Shown: positions 8,910-18,810, numbered from the stretch's first letter. The stretch is 64,000 nucleotides of DNA from an uncultured Bacilli bacterium (GCA_934141145.1 CAKPCA010000001.1:31500-95499); one strand, 5' to 3'. Numbers and translations: made by a program. The notes: generated by a model from the sequence alone, not told the origin.

Positions 8910-9246
8910 CTTTCAACATTAAAACTCAAAGTATAATTATCACTTGTACTTATCTCAAATTCATTAGTAAATGTATTATATTTTATACTTTGAATTTGTG
9001 GACTAGTTGTAAGTATTCTTTGATATTCTTCTGTTGTAATAAGATTTCTCTTTAATATTAATAATCTTTTTATTTCTTCACTATACATATTAATCTCCTA
9101 CTTACTATATTTTATTCAAACTAGAAAACATAGTATATATAAAGTGTTTATTTTAATATATAAATATATTATAATATTAAAAATAAATATTGTAAATATT
9201 TTACAAAAAAATATATTTATTATATACTTTTAATGGAGGTAATTCT

Positions 9247-9738
9247 ATGAGTATGTATGGATTTAAAGCATTTGATAAAAACATGAAAAATAGATATGGA
9301 ATTGAATTTGAAGAAGGAAAAACATATCAAACAGATTCAAATGTAAGTTTTGGACATACTCGTGGAAAAAAAGTAAATGGATATCACTTTTGTAGAAATC
9401 TAGAAGATACGCTAAGATATGTAGATGGTATAAATGATGATATAAAGATTGCAGAAGTAATAGGTAGTGGTAATATTGTTATATATAACGATGAATATTA
9501 TGGATATTATGATATGTATAGTGCTGAAATAATCGATATAATACATATTTTAACTAGAGAAGAAATTATTAATAAAGTACTCTATTCTAAGAATGAATAT
9601 GCTGCAGAAAGATTTATAAAAGGATTTAAATTAACAATTGAAGAGCTTGAAAAATTTAAAACTGAGTATATAAGTTCTTACAGATTACAACATTTTCTTA
9701 ATACTCAAGGAAAAAATAAAGTATTAGAATTAAAATAA
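9247..9738 (+). CDS. Hypothetical protein
   Basis: 163-aa ORF with a strong RBS (GGAGGT) and a terminator hairpin downstream (9738-9763). Confidence 0.5.
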   Translation: MSMYGFKAFDKNMKNRYGIEFEEGKTYQTDSNVSFGHTRGKKVNGYHFCRNLEDTLRYVDGINDDIKIAEVIGSGNIVIYNDEYYGYYDMYSAEIIDIIHILTREEIINKVLYSKNEYAAERFIKGFKLTIEELEKFKTEYISSYRLQHFLNTQGKNKVLELK

Positions 9739-9760
9739 CTGGTTACATAGTAACCAGTTT

Positions 9761-9967
9761 TTAATTATTGTGTTTTTCATAATACATTGAAAGTGCTTCT
9801 TCTTCTAAAGTAGAATCTATACTTTCAATATATCCATTATCTTCTTTAAAAACACGTATATTATTAGGATTAGCTATTTCTGATAAATAATAATATTTAT
9901 CAATAACTTCAAGAATCATATAATTTGTACCATTTATTTCTATTGTATCCATTTCTCTTGTTTCCAT
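9761..9967 (-). CDS. Small acidic DUF1292/UPF0473-like protein
   Basis: 68 aa (IEINGTNYMILEVIDKYYYLSEI ...) resembling DUF1292 proteins; translationally coupled to the upstream gene. Confidence 0.4.
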   Translation of the reverse strand: METREMDTIEINGTNYMILEVIDKYYYLSEIANPNNIRVFKEDNGYIESIDSTLEEEALSMYYEKHNN

Positions 9968-9968
9968 A

Positions 9969-10538
9969 TTATCTTAATCCTCCTCTTGATATTTCATTAG
10001 AGGCAGAATTTTCTAATTTTTCTTTTTGATTATTTAAATATGCTAGTTGTTTTGCTATATCTTTGTCTTTTGAATCAACCTCACTTAATTGTTCTATATA
10101 TTGAGTAAGAAATTGTCCCTCGTACTCACCATTTTGGCCAACAGATATTTCAGCATCTGTCATACCTGCACTTTTTGCAGCATTATATACTCTATATGCT
10201 GCATCTTCTGCACTTATAAAACCATTTTTATCATTGCATGAATATGTTCCATCACTATTTTTTCTAGCATCTATACATTCTTCAGAAACTGCATTTCTAA
10301 ATTCATCTTCAAGTATTTTTGAACCAACATAATTTTTATGTGCTCCTGCTGCTAAAGTTGTTAGTGCAATAGTTCCTGCAACAATTACAGCACTCGCTAC
10401 TGCTATTTTTTGCTTTCTCACAAGTGATTCTCTTTCTTTTTGTCTTTGTATACTCTTGCTTTGTATTTGTTCTTTTTTTACTGATTCTTCACGATGTCTA
10501 TTTATTTCTTTAAAAGCATCTGTTTTAATTTGTTCCAT
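9969..10538 (-). CDS. Membrane-anchored hypothetical protein
   Basis: Charged N-terminus, one TM helix (VASAVIVAGTIALTTLAAGA), then an extracellular domain. Confidence 0.45.
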   Translation of the reverse strand: MEQIKTDAFKEINRHREESVKKEQIQSKSIQRQKERESLVRKQKIAVASAVIVAGTIALTTLAAGAHKNYVGSKILEDEFRNAVSEECIDARKNSDGTYSCNDKNGFISAEDAAYRVYNAAKSAGMTDAEISVGQNGEYEGQFLTQYIEQLSEVDSKDKDIAKQLAYLNNQKEKLENSASNEISRGGLR

Positions 10539-10617
10539 TACTATTCTCCTATCTAATCAAATTATAACTAATTGTTATTGTCTAGTTCAATATAAACGTA
10601 AAATAATTTACATAATA

Positions 10618-12240
10618 TTACATTCTTTTTCTTATAATATTTCTAAATATAGCAAGCATTACAGGCATTGCAAATATATTTGAAAGTGCATATCTAAAAT
10701 ATGTATTTACTGGTGACGCAATGCATACTAGTGTTAATACAAATGATGGCACTAAGTAAAATAATTCTTTATATTTCTTTTTATAAAATAAATAACCTAA
10801 TAAAAACATTAATACAAAGTTATTAAATCCTATATTTACAAATAGTCCTAATATTGGAATATTTGGATAAATTTTACCAAAACTTGATAAATTATTTCTT
10901 AGCCCAGATAAATTATTATAATGATAATTTATACCATGTTCCTTAATTATTGGAAGATATTTATAGTAAATATACCAATTCGTTTTAGGTGGATAAAAAT
11001 AACCATAAGTATTATTAATAGTAGATTCTATATAACAAACTGGATGTTTTTTAAACATACTAAACCAAACTATAAAATAATTTTTTAAATCTTCTTTTGT
11101 CGCATATTTATTGTATTCATTCTTTACAGGATCTGCTATTTCCGGTTTATATCTATCTTTTAAAGTATCATATACAAGAACTTTATCAATTGCTTTCTTC
11201 TCTTTTTCAGTAACTTCATCTTCATAATTAGATACGTATCTTGCTGTTTGCTGAAATGGGATACTTAGTGTTTCTCTTATACTTGAAGGTGTAATTTTAT
11301 TAACAGGCAATATTATCTTAGAATATATTAAGAATAAAGAAACTACTGAAATAGATATAATTATAAATGCTTTTCTATTTTTCTTATTGATTATTATTAA
11401 TAAAGGAAAAGATAATATAAATAAGTGAATACCATTATTTCTAAATAAAAATAATAGTATTGATAAAATTATTATTTTAAAGATTTCCTTTAAATTTAGC
11501 TTCTGTTCACTAATTATACATTTATAATAACTAATTATATATAGTATTACTAGAGAGCCAAATATTACATCTTTAACTGGGCTCATCGCATAAAAAGGAA
11601 ATACTGGTACTAAAGCATATATAAGTAGACATACTAACCTATATTTTAAAGATATATTTATACTTTTCATAAAATATATAGTATAAGATAAAGTTAAAAC
11701 TAAAACTGATATTTGAATTATACTATATAAAAATAATCCTATATTTACATTATTAAATAAACTTATACCTATTTGTGCACATGTACCTAATAATAAAGTA
11801 TGAACAACAGGATGATGATTAGTAATTATTACATTGTTATCTAAAAGTACTGAATAATAAGAATATTTATTATCAATATGAAAATATTGTAGTAATTGAA
11901 AACTAGGATCTTTTGATAAAATCATTGGATAGAAAGCAATTATATAAATTAAATAACATAGTAGAATAAAAACGCAAGAAAATATAATAGGATGATTATC
12001 AAACAAAGATAATATCTTATTATACTGTTTATTTTGAGTTTTATTATAATTATCTAAAATACAAAATATTTTGTTTAAAATAAAATACATTATAAAAAAT
12101 AATATTACTGATAAACTTAAAACTAAAAATAAATTATCAGTTATAAATTTAAAACTATTTGATACCATAAAACTCGTACCAATACTCGTAAATATTACAT
12201 ATAAAAATGACAATATTGATATAATAACTTTTTTTCTCAT
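10618..12240 (-). CDS. Large polytopic membrane protein, possibly a GT-C-type glycosyltransferase or DUF membrane protein
   Basis: 540 aa with more than 10 predicted TM helices and a ~150-aa soluble segment; no recognisable catalytic motif. Confidence 0.4.
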   Translation of the reverse strand: MRKKVIISILSFLYVIFTSIGTSFMVSNSFKFITDNLFLVLSLSVILFFIMYFILNKIFCILDNYNKTQNKQYNKILSLFDNHPIIFSCVFILLCYLIYIIAFYPMILSKDPSFQLLQYFHIDNKYSYYSVLLDNNVIITNHHPVVHTLLLGTCAQIGISLFNNVNIGLFLYSIIQISVLVLTLSYTIYFMKSINISLKYRLVCLLIYALVPVFPFYAMSPVKDVIFGSLVILYIISYYKCIISEQKLNLKEIFKIIILSILLFLFRNNGIHLFILSFPLLIIINKKNRKAFIIISISVVSLFLIYSKIILPVNKITPSSIRETLSIPFQQTARYVSNYEDEVTEKEKKAIDKVLVYDTLKDRYKPEIADPVKNEYNKYATKEDLKNYFIVWFSMFKKHPVCYIESTINNTYGYFYPPKTNWYIYYKYLPIIKEHGINYHYNNLSGLRNNLSSFGKIYPNIPILGLFVNIGFNNFVLMFLLGYLFYKKKYKELFYLVPSFVLTLVCIASPVNTYFRYALSNIFAMPVMLAIFRNIIRKRM

Positions 12241-12404
12241 ATTACATACTCCATTTGTAATATTCTAACACAAATTATTCTGTGATATAATTAATTATAT
12301 TAATTATACATTTTATTTACAAATACATAAAAAATATAAAAATATATAGTTGCAAAATATTCCTCATTTGCGACTAACACATCATTAGCAAGGTATAATA
12401 ATGG

Positions 12405-13153
12405 TCATTTTTCTTTTGACCAATTAAGGTCTTCAAAATTAACTATTTCTTCATTATTTTTTCCATTATAAACTATAGTTGGTGTACTTGTTAGTATTAT
12501 TGTTTCATCATCAAACTTCTTAAATGCAAGTGCATTTTCAAGTGTATATCCAAGTGATGAAGTTAATGGATTATTTATATACACATATAACTTCCAGTCT
12601 GAACTACTTAACCTACTATCAACAATTTTTGTTTCTAAATCACTTACCTTTGGAAAAATATAAGTATCCCCTATTGGAACAAAAGAAAAATCAATAGAAG
12701 GATTTACATCTAATAAAGTTAATTCACCAGTAAATGGTGTCGTTATAGTTCTAGTTTTATATATAAAACTACCTAAAACATTTGAAGTTAATTCTACTTT
12801 TGTATTATCAGAAATAGTTGATGGTAAGTTATATTCAAATAATCCATTATCATCAGCATTTACTATTTCAGATATACTATTATATTTAATTAATACATCT
12901 ACAAAACTATCTGTATGACCACTTATAGTATTTTTACTTGTATTAATTGGATGTATATTCATATAGGTTATTCCAATAGAAAGTTGTTTCCCATTTTGGT
13001 TACATTATTCTTATTTTTATTTACTGTAATACCACTATCTAATGTAATATCATTTTCTAGATAAATATATTCACATCCATTATTATTTTCTAAGGAATCG
13101 TTTAACTCACTACTTGTAAAAACTAAAAACATTTTATCATTTATTTTATTCAT
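12405..13153 (-). pseudogene. Two adjacent same-strand ORFs (61 aa then 185 aa) in different frames separated by 5 nt; either a frameshifted gene or a translationally coupled pair
   Basis: The stop of ORF 12968..13153 and the ATG of ORF 12405..12962 are 5 nt apart in different frames, and there is no independent RBS for the second ORF. Confidence 0.3.
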
Positions 13154-13329
13154 AAAATCACTTATCCCCTAATATAATATATGTGTGTTATATTTTTTGA
13201 ACAAGGATATTTTAAGAAATATATATTAAAGTATTTGATAGTTTTCTAACAAATAATAGACATAATTATCTTTTATTTAATTATGTCTATTTTTATAGAA
13301 TTTTATTTTTAAAAATTCCTCTTAATATA

Positions 13330-13356
13330 AAAAAGTTCTTTTTTAGAACTTTTTTA
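13330..13356. terminator. Bidirectional terminator hairpin
   Basis: AAAAAGTTCT-ttttt-AGAACTTTTTT; the stop of the YjcZ-like gene abuts the stem. Confidence 0.55.
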
Positions 13357-13479
13357 GCAAACAAATGAACTAAGTATAATTGCTAATAGTATATAAAGTA
13401 CTATTATTGTAACGAATCCGCATCCTCTTCCTTGAGTTGGTGCGCAATTTGTTTGTGAACAAGTATTTGTACAGCTCAT
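13354..13479 (-). CDS. YjcZ-family small sporulation peptide (41 aa, Cys-rich N-terminus plus hydrophobic tail)
   Basis: Absent from the ORF track. Minus-strand ATG at 13477-13479 with GGAGG 8 nt upstream encodes MSCTNTCSQTNCAPTQGRGCGFVTIIVLYILLAIILSSFVC. The Cys/Gly-rich head and hydrophobic VLFILL-type tail are the YjcZ-family pattern. Confidence 0.6.
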   Translation of the reverse strand: MSCTNTCSQTNCAPTQGRGCGFVTIIVLYILLAIILSSFVC

Positions 13480-13511
13480 AATTTACCTCCTAACTTAAAA
13501 AATTAACGAAT

Positions 13512-13595
13512 TTAGATATAAGCACCTATTATTATTACAAGTAGTATGAATAGTACTAGTATTATACCAGCACCTGTTCCACATGATTGTCTCAT
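13512..13595 (-). CDS. YjcZ-family small sporulation peptide (27 aa)
   Basis: Absent from the ORF track. Minus-strand ATG at 13593-13595 with GGAGGAA upstream encodes MRQSCGTGAGIILVLFILLVIIIGAYI. It lies tandem to the 41-aa paralog. Confidence 0.55.
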   Translation of the reverse strand: MRQSCGTGAGIILVLFILLVIIIGAYI

Positions 13596-13728
13596 TTTCA
13601 TTCCTCCTTTTTTATTGTTCACATTATTTTATGGCATAAGTCACAATTGTGTGAATATATTTTAGAAAATATTGTTTTTATTTTTTAATTTTGTTATTAT
13701 ATATATGTACATTTAAGGAGGATGAATA

Positions 13729-14700
13729 ATGAATAAAAAATTAGTATTTGTATGTACATTATTAATTGGTACTATGTTAGTAACAGGTTGTAGTGCTAAA
13801 CTAAAAAATGGAGAAGAAGTAGCATTCACAGTAAATAATAAAAATGTAACTGCTGATAATCTTTATAAAGAATTAAAGAAAAAATATGGTAGTGCTATTA
13901 TGATTGATATGATCGATAAAAAAATATTTGATGTTGTATATAAAGACGATGCAGATATTGAAAAACAAGCTAGCAATCAAATAGAAACATTAAAATCTCA
14001 ATATGGTGATTCATGGGAGACTACATTAAAAAGTGCTGGATATGATAGTGAAGATGATTTAAAAGATTATTTCATTTTAAATCTTCAAAGAACTAAGGCT
14101 ATAGAAGATCATATTAAAGATAGTATAAAAGATGATGAAATTAAAAAGTATTATGAAGAAAATACAGTTGGGGATATTAGTGCTAAACATATTTTAATTA
14201 AAGTTAAATCAAGTACTGACACAGATGGATTAACAGATGATGAAGCTAAAGCTAAGGCCGAAGATTTAATAAAAAAATTAAAAGATGGTGCTGACTTTGA
14301 TACTCTTGCAAAAGAAAATTCTGATGATACTGGTTCTGCTGAAAAAGGTGGAGATCTAGGATACTTTAATAAGGGTGATATGGTTGAAGAATTCGAAGAT
14401 GCAGCATATAAATTAAAGGTTAATGAATACACTAAAACACCTGTAAAAACTACATATGGTTACCATATTATTCTTAAAACTGGTGAAAAAGATAAACCTA
14501 AATTAAAAGCAGTAAAAGAAAACATTATTGAATCAATAAAAGATCAAAGATTAGAAGATGATCCAACTCTTGAAGTAACTACACTTGATGAAGTTAGAAA
14601 ATCATACGGATTAAAATTTAAAGATTCTAAATTAAAAAGCTTATATAAAAAATATATTGATGCTTCTATAGAATCTGCAAAAAATAGTAGTTCAAATTAA
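13729..14700 (+). CDS. prsA: Foldase PrsA (lipoprotein parvulin-type peptidyl-prolyl isomerase)
   Basis: Lipobox LVTGCSA, and a parvulin PPIase domain (HILIKV ... GGDLGYFNKGDMVEEFEDAAY ... GYHIILKTG). Confidence 0.8.
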   Translation: MNKKLVFVCTLLIGTMLVTGCSAKLKNGEEVAFTVNNKNVTADNLYKELKKKYGSAIMIDMIDKKIFDVVYKDDADIEKQASNQIETLKSQYGDSWETTLKSAGYDSEDDLKDYFILNLQRTKAIEDHIKDSIKDDEIKKYYEENTVGDISAKHILIKVKSSTDTDGLTDDEAKAKAEDLIKKLKDGADFDTLAKENSDDTGSAEKGGDLGYFNKGDMVEEFEDAAYKLKVNEYTKTPVKTTYGYHIILKTGEKDKPKLKAVKENIIESIKDQRLEDDPTLEVTTLDEVRKSYGLKFKDSKLKSLYKKYIDASIESAKNSSSN

Positions 14701-14730
14701 AAAAAGATACTAAAAAGTATCTTTTTTAAT
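14701..14730. terminator. Bidirectional terminator (prsA / recX convergent)
   Basis: AAGATAC-taaaaa-GTATCTT followed by TTTTT. Confidence 0.6.
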
Positions 14731-15475
14731 TTTGATAAAATCCTTTCTGATATAGTTTTTGATTAATAATCATTTCTAATTCTTTTCCACTATATTTCTT
14801 AGAATATTTATTATATAGTTTATTATATTCTTTCTTTAAAGCATCTTCATCATATAATTCTTTTGTATCTAGTATACTAGTAATCATATTTTTGTCATAT
14901 CCTTTATCCATAAAATATGAAATTACTTTTTGCTTTAAAACATTTCCACTATAATTTTTAGACATATCAATTCTTTTTTGAATTTGTTTTTCTAATTCTA
15001 CTCTAAATATTTCATCATCAATGTTTGATAGTTCATCATCAATAATATTCTCTGGTAGTTTTAAATCAACAAGATCTCTTTTTATTTTTTTAGGGCCTAT
15101 TTTAGAAATATTAACTTTATCATATATAAATGCTCTAATATAAGATGTTTCATCTAAATATCCATCTTTTTTTAACTTATTAATCGTTTTATTAATTATA
15201 TCCTCATCTATATTCTTTTTTATTAAATGTTCTTTAATTTCTTTTTCACATCTCATTTTTGTACTTATATACTTTAGTGCAATATCATATACTAAGTAAT
15301 TATTATTTTCTTTAATTATTTCATTTAAATAATTATCACTTACAACTTTATTACATATTAAATTATATTTTAATATTATATCCTCATGAAGTAAAATAGA
15401 AGTATTATTATCAAAATATACCTTATATTTACTCATTGATGTTTTTTTAAATTTTGTTATTTTCATTTCTACCAC
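14726..15475 (-). CDS. recX: Regulatory protein RecX
   Basis: Three-repeat helical pattern with the RecX signatures: YALKYISTKMRCEKEIKEHL, KKDGYLDETSYIRAFI and KGYDKNMITSIL. Confidence 0.55.
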   Translation of the reverse strand: MVEMKITKFKKTSMSKYKVYFDNNTSILLHEDIILKYNLICNKVVSDNYLNEIIKENNNYLVYDIALKYISTKMRCEKEIKEHLIKKNIDEDIINKTINKLKKDGYLDETSYIRAFIYDKVNISKIGPKKIKRDLVDLKLPENIIDDELSNIDDEIFRVELEKQIQKRIDMSKNYSGNVLKQKVISYFMDKGYDKNMITSILDTKELYDEDALKKEYNKLYNKYSKKYSGKELEMIINQKLYQKGFYQN

Positions 15476-15514
15476 CTCACAAATAAATGTTCGCAGTTAA
15501 TAGTAAAAAAAAAC

Positions 15515-15721
15515 TTAAACTTCTTTTACATGAATTAAGTTTTCTGCTATTTCTTCTAATGCTCTACCAATATTTTTAGTTGATTTATAATCTTTTTCCT
15601 TCATTTGATAATGTTTTGTTTCTTGCATTTGATGAGATCTTTTTGCAACAATATATACAAGTTGATATTTAGAAGGTATTATATTTAAAATTTTATCTAT
15701 TGATGGTTCCACCCTAATCAC
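15515..15721 (-). CDS. rpoZ: DNA-directed RNA polymerase subunit omega
   Basis: PSIDKILNIIPSKYQLVYIVAKRSHQMQ ... NIGRALEEIAENL closely parallels Bacillus RpoZ (PSIDxL..SKYxLV..AxRAR ... GKALEEI). Confidence 0.75.
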   Translation of the reverse strand: MIRVEPSIDKILNIIPSKYQLVYIVAKRSHQMQETKHYQMKEKDYKSTKNIGRALEEIAENLIHVKEV

Positions 15722-15775
15722 TCTCCCTAATACAATAATATATCAATATAAAATATAAATCAATAAAATGTAAAA

Positions 15776-15800
15776 AACTTGACAAAAATTGACAAGTTTA
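15776..15800 (-). terminator. Terminator of the 245-aa hypothetical gene
   Basis: AACTTG-acaaaaattga-CAAGTT followed by a T-run on the minus strand (GTTTTTTAC). Confidence 0.45.
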
Positions 15801-15801
15801 A

Positions 15802-16539
15802 TTACATTGCTAAAGTTTCTATTTTTTTATTTTCTAATATTCTTTCAAATTGTTTTCCATATTTTATATCAATCTTATTTATTTCTCTCATATTATTTTT
15901 ATCAACTGATTCATATTCATTTAATGTTTCAAAAAAATCAATAGTATCTTTTTCTGAACCAATTACTTCGCTCATTTTATTATAAAATAAATCTCCTTTA
16001 CCATTTATAAAATATGTAAGTAAGTTTTCTACGCCGATTAAACCTTCAATATTCCTTGATAAGCCATCTAAAACAGTTGGTACTGTAACTATTTTGTTAT
16101 CCATATTTCCATAAACAAGTTCATGAATTCTATCTCTTACCTTTTCATTAATAATACCTGCGTACTTTTTATTTTCAATAGAAAAATTTAGTCCTTCACT
16201 GTAATTTCCACTATTTAGGTCATATGTTGTTGTCATAAGTGATAATATAGATTTTTCATATATTTCCGATAATTCTTCTTCACTTATATTAATATTATTT
16301 GGTAATACAATTGTATTAGTTGATGAATTATATGAAACTTTTTCATCTTCAATTTGCTTTACCCTAAAATTTAATGTTTCCAATAGTTTTCTAGTATTAA
16401 TACTATCAAATTCTATCCCGTACATTTGAAAAAACACAGAATAATCACTAATTATTCTAGGAATTATATCTCTATCTAATTGAGATAAATTTTTATTTTT
16501 TTGTAAAGATTCCTTTAATTCTTCCTTTAACATAGTCAT
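15802..16539 (-). CDS. Hypothetical protein (245 aa), no recognisable domain
   Basis: Long ORF with its own terminator; acidic, soluble. Confidence 0.45.
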   Translation of the reverse strand: MTMLKEELKESLQKNKNLSQLDRDIIPRIISDYSVFFQMYGIEFDSINTRKLLETLNFRVKQIEDEKVSYNSSTNTIVLPNNINISEEELSEIYEKSILSLMTTTYDLNSGNYSEGLNFSIENKKYAGIINEKVRDRIHELVYGNMDNKIVTVPTVLDGLSRNIEGLIGVENLLTYFINGKGDLFYNKMSEVIGSEKDTIDFFETLNEYESVDKNNMREINKIDIKYGKQFERILENKKIETLAM

Positions 16540-16598
16540 ATTTCTCCTAAACTATAATAATTATATCACAAATAAATTAAAATTCAAAAAATTTTAAT

Positions 16599-17318
16599 TT
16601 ACTTAATTACTTTTATTCCAATACCAAGAACACCATATTTTTCTTGTTTATCCTGTGAATAATATTGTTCCATATCTTTAGAATCTGCAATTTCATCTTC
16701 AGCATAACCTAAAGATATTTTATCAAAATGTTTATATAATTCTTCAAAATTATCAAATTTGTGTAATTTAATTACTTTTGTCTTTAATTTTTCTTTTGTG
16801 ACTCTATTTTCAAATTCAATAATATCTCCTTCTTTTATTAAACTTCTCTTCTCATCATTTAATCTTATTTCAATAGTTTTTGTTCCATTTTTTATAAGTT
16901 CAAATGGACCATTATTTAATCTCATTTCGTGCATAGTTTCCTTCTCATAATTCCATAATCCTAATTTTCCTTTTATAGGAATAGGTTTATCATATTTTAT
17001 AACATTTTCTAGTTTCCAAGCATATGTCATCTCGTGTAATTCTCTTCCATATACTGTTTTATCAATTTTTAATAATTCTTCTTCAAACTCTTTTGTAACA
17101 AGAATACAATCAGTAAGAAGTGCTTCACCTATAATCATACCTTTAGAACAATTTAAATTATAGTCTTTAAATTTTTTAAACATATCTTTTTCTTCACTCA
17201 TTCCAGCATGTATTAGTATTTTACCTCTATAATTTGTTTTCCATGATCTAAATTCATATTTTTTATAACCATCTATTATAAGTGTTGCCCATGGTTCTTT
17301 AATTGTTAATGCTTTCAT
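16599..17318 (-). CDS. Tandem ASCH-domain protein (PUA-like, putative RNA/modified-nucleic-acid binding)
   Basis: Two ASCH-like units: MKALTIKEPWATLIIDGYKKYEFRSW and later NGPFELIKNGTKTIEIRLNDEKRSLIKEGDIIEF. Confidence 0.55.
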   Translation of the reverse strand: MKALTIKEPWATLIIDGYKKYEFRSWKTNYRGKILIHAGMSEEKDMFKKFKDYNLNCSKGMIIGEALLTDCILVTKEFEEELLKIDKTVYGRELHEMTYAWKLENVIKYDKPIPIKGKLGLWNYEKETMHEMRLNNGPFELIKNGTKTIEIRLNDEKRSLIKEGDIIEFENRVTKEKLKTKVIKLHKFDNFEELYKHFDKISLGYAEDEIADSKDMEQYYSQDKQEKYGVLGIGIKVIK

Positions 17319-17395
17319 AGTAGTACTCTCCTAAATAATAACTTACATTTATTATAACATGATTCATAAAAGAAAAAAATTCCATTAGGAACTTT

Positions 17396-17674
17396 TTAAA
17401 ATTTATTACAGCAATTATCATCTACATTTGTACATACATTTTCTTCAGAACAAGTATATTCTGGTACATAAGTATGTTTATAAATGTGATTATTTACTAT
17501 TCTTGTATGTACTGGACATACGTGAACTATTTCATGTACAAAATCTTTTTTTATACATTTTTCAACTGGTGCTTCATATACTGGATCTTCGCAGCATTTT
17601 TCCTCGCAAACAGTTGGACAACACTTATTTTCGTTATTGCAACAACCATTCATATTAAAATTATTATAAAACAT
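17396..17674 (-). CDS. CotD-family Cys-rich spore coat protein
   Basis: 92 aa, about 15 Cys, with CC pairs. The central VHEIVHVCPVHTRIVNNHIYKHTYVPEY matches the CotD (V-x-H ... P-V-H-T ... N-H) repeat pattern. RBS AAGGAGGATT. Confidence 0.55.
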   Translation of the reverse strand: MFYNNFNMNGCCNNENKCCPTVCEEKCCEDPVYEAPVEKCIKKDFVHEIVHVCPVHTRIVNNHIYKHTYVPEYTCSEENVCTNVDDNCCNKF

Positions 17675-17742
17675 TTTAATCCTCCTTATCTATTACTAGA
17701 ATATGAGAATTATAAATTTTTGAATAGTTTATTATCCTATAA

Positions 17743-18810
17743 TTATATTCTTGTGATTAAATTATTAAATTCATTATAACCAATAATACCTTCTTTTTGC
17801 ATTCTTCCAACTAAAATACCTGGGATAATATTATTATCTTTTGAAAATTTTCTTATCGTTTTTTCATTTATTATATTAATTTTAATAAAATCATCATATG
17901 CATTTTTTGAAATCAATGTATTTTTAGCAAAATCATCAGCTTCTTTTTCTATAGAACTTTTTAATTCATTATCACCATCAATAAAAACTTCTTTTTTACT
18001 GTGCATAATTAAATGCGCTATTTCATGAAATAAAGTAAACCACAAAATATCATCTTTTTTTCCTCTATCACTTATCATAATTATTGCTTTATCTTTAGTA
18101 ATTTTGTATGAAACTCCATTTACATATGTATTTGGAAGATGTGGTTCAAATATAAGTGAGACACCACATTCTTTAAGTAATTCCTTTATTTCATCTATTT
18201 TATCAAGAAACAAATAACTAGTTAGGATTCTAATTTTTTCTACACTTTCCTTTAGTTTTATTATATCAAACTTAGGATATTCTATCTTGTTAGACTGTAT
18301 TTCTCCATACCTTAACCAGCAATATAATGATTCATAAGAAAAACTATCATTATCCTGTTTTCTAAATGCAAGTTTTCTTTTTAATTCTGTATTAAAACCT
18401 AAGGATGCGACTGAAAAAAATTTTCTTAAATTTACAACTCTCTCAAAAGGACTTCTGGTTATTTCTATATAATCCCAGTTTCTCTTTGACATTTCATTAT
18501 ATGGTATGTTTTTTAAATATTTTTCATCTTCGATAATAGAATCAAAATCTTTTTGTCTTTCAAGTACTTCTCTATAATTACTTTCAAGATTATTCCAAAA
18601 ACTAGCAGGAATATTAAAAACATATTCTAATTTAAGCGCTGTTGTTGTTGTAATAGGTGCCTTTCCTTTTATTATTTCATTAATTGTTTTTTTATTAATA
18701 CCAGTTTTATCAGATAAATCTAGTTGTGTCATACTATTTAATTCTAATAATTCTAAAATTGTATCACCTGGTACAATTACATATTCATTTAATTCATATC
18801 TTTTACTCAT
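17743..18810 (-). CDS. XRE-family HTH fused to an ImmA/IrrE (COG2856) zinc metallopeptidase domain; putative antitoxin/regulator
   Basis: N-terminal HTH_XRE (LELNSMTQLDLSDKTGINKKTINEIIKGK), C-terminal HEXXH (LFHEIAHLIMH). Overlaps the upstream toxin gene by 8 nt. Confidence 0.7.
   Translation of the reverse strand: MSKRYELNEYVIVPGDTILELLELNSMTQLDLSDKTGINKKTINEIIKGKAPITTTTALKLEYVFNIPASFWNNLESNYREVLERQKDFDSIIEDEKYLKNIPYNEMSKRNWDYIEITRSPFERVVNLRKFFSVASLGFNTELKRKLAFRKQDNDSFSYESLYCWLRYGEIQSNKIEYPKFDIIKLKESVEKIRILTSYLFLDKIDEIKELLKECGVSLIFEPHLPNTYVNGVSYKITKDKAIIMISDRGKKDDILWFTLFHEIAHLIMHSKKEVFIDGDNELKSSIEKEADDFAKNTLISKNAYDDFIKINIINEKTIRKFSKDNNIIPGILVGRMQKEGIIGYNEFNNLITRI

Noticed and set aside
8888-9088. 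66-aa minus-strand ORF downstream of pnuC-like gene
   Set aside because: No convincing RBS and no family resemblance. It overlaps the pnuC terminator. I did not list it as a feature.
12071-12268. Plus-strand 65-aa ORF overlapping the start of the large membrane protein gene
   Set aside because: Antisense overlap with a supported CDS; AT-rich chance ORF.
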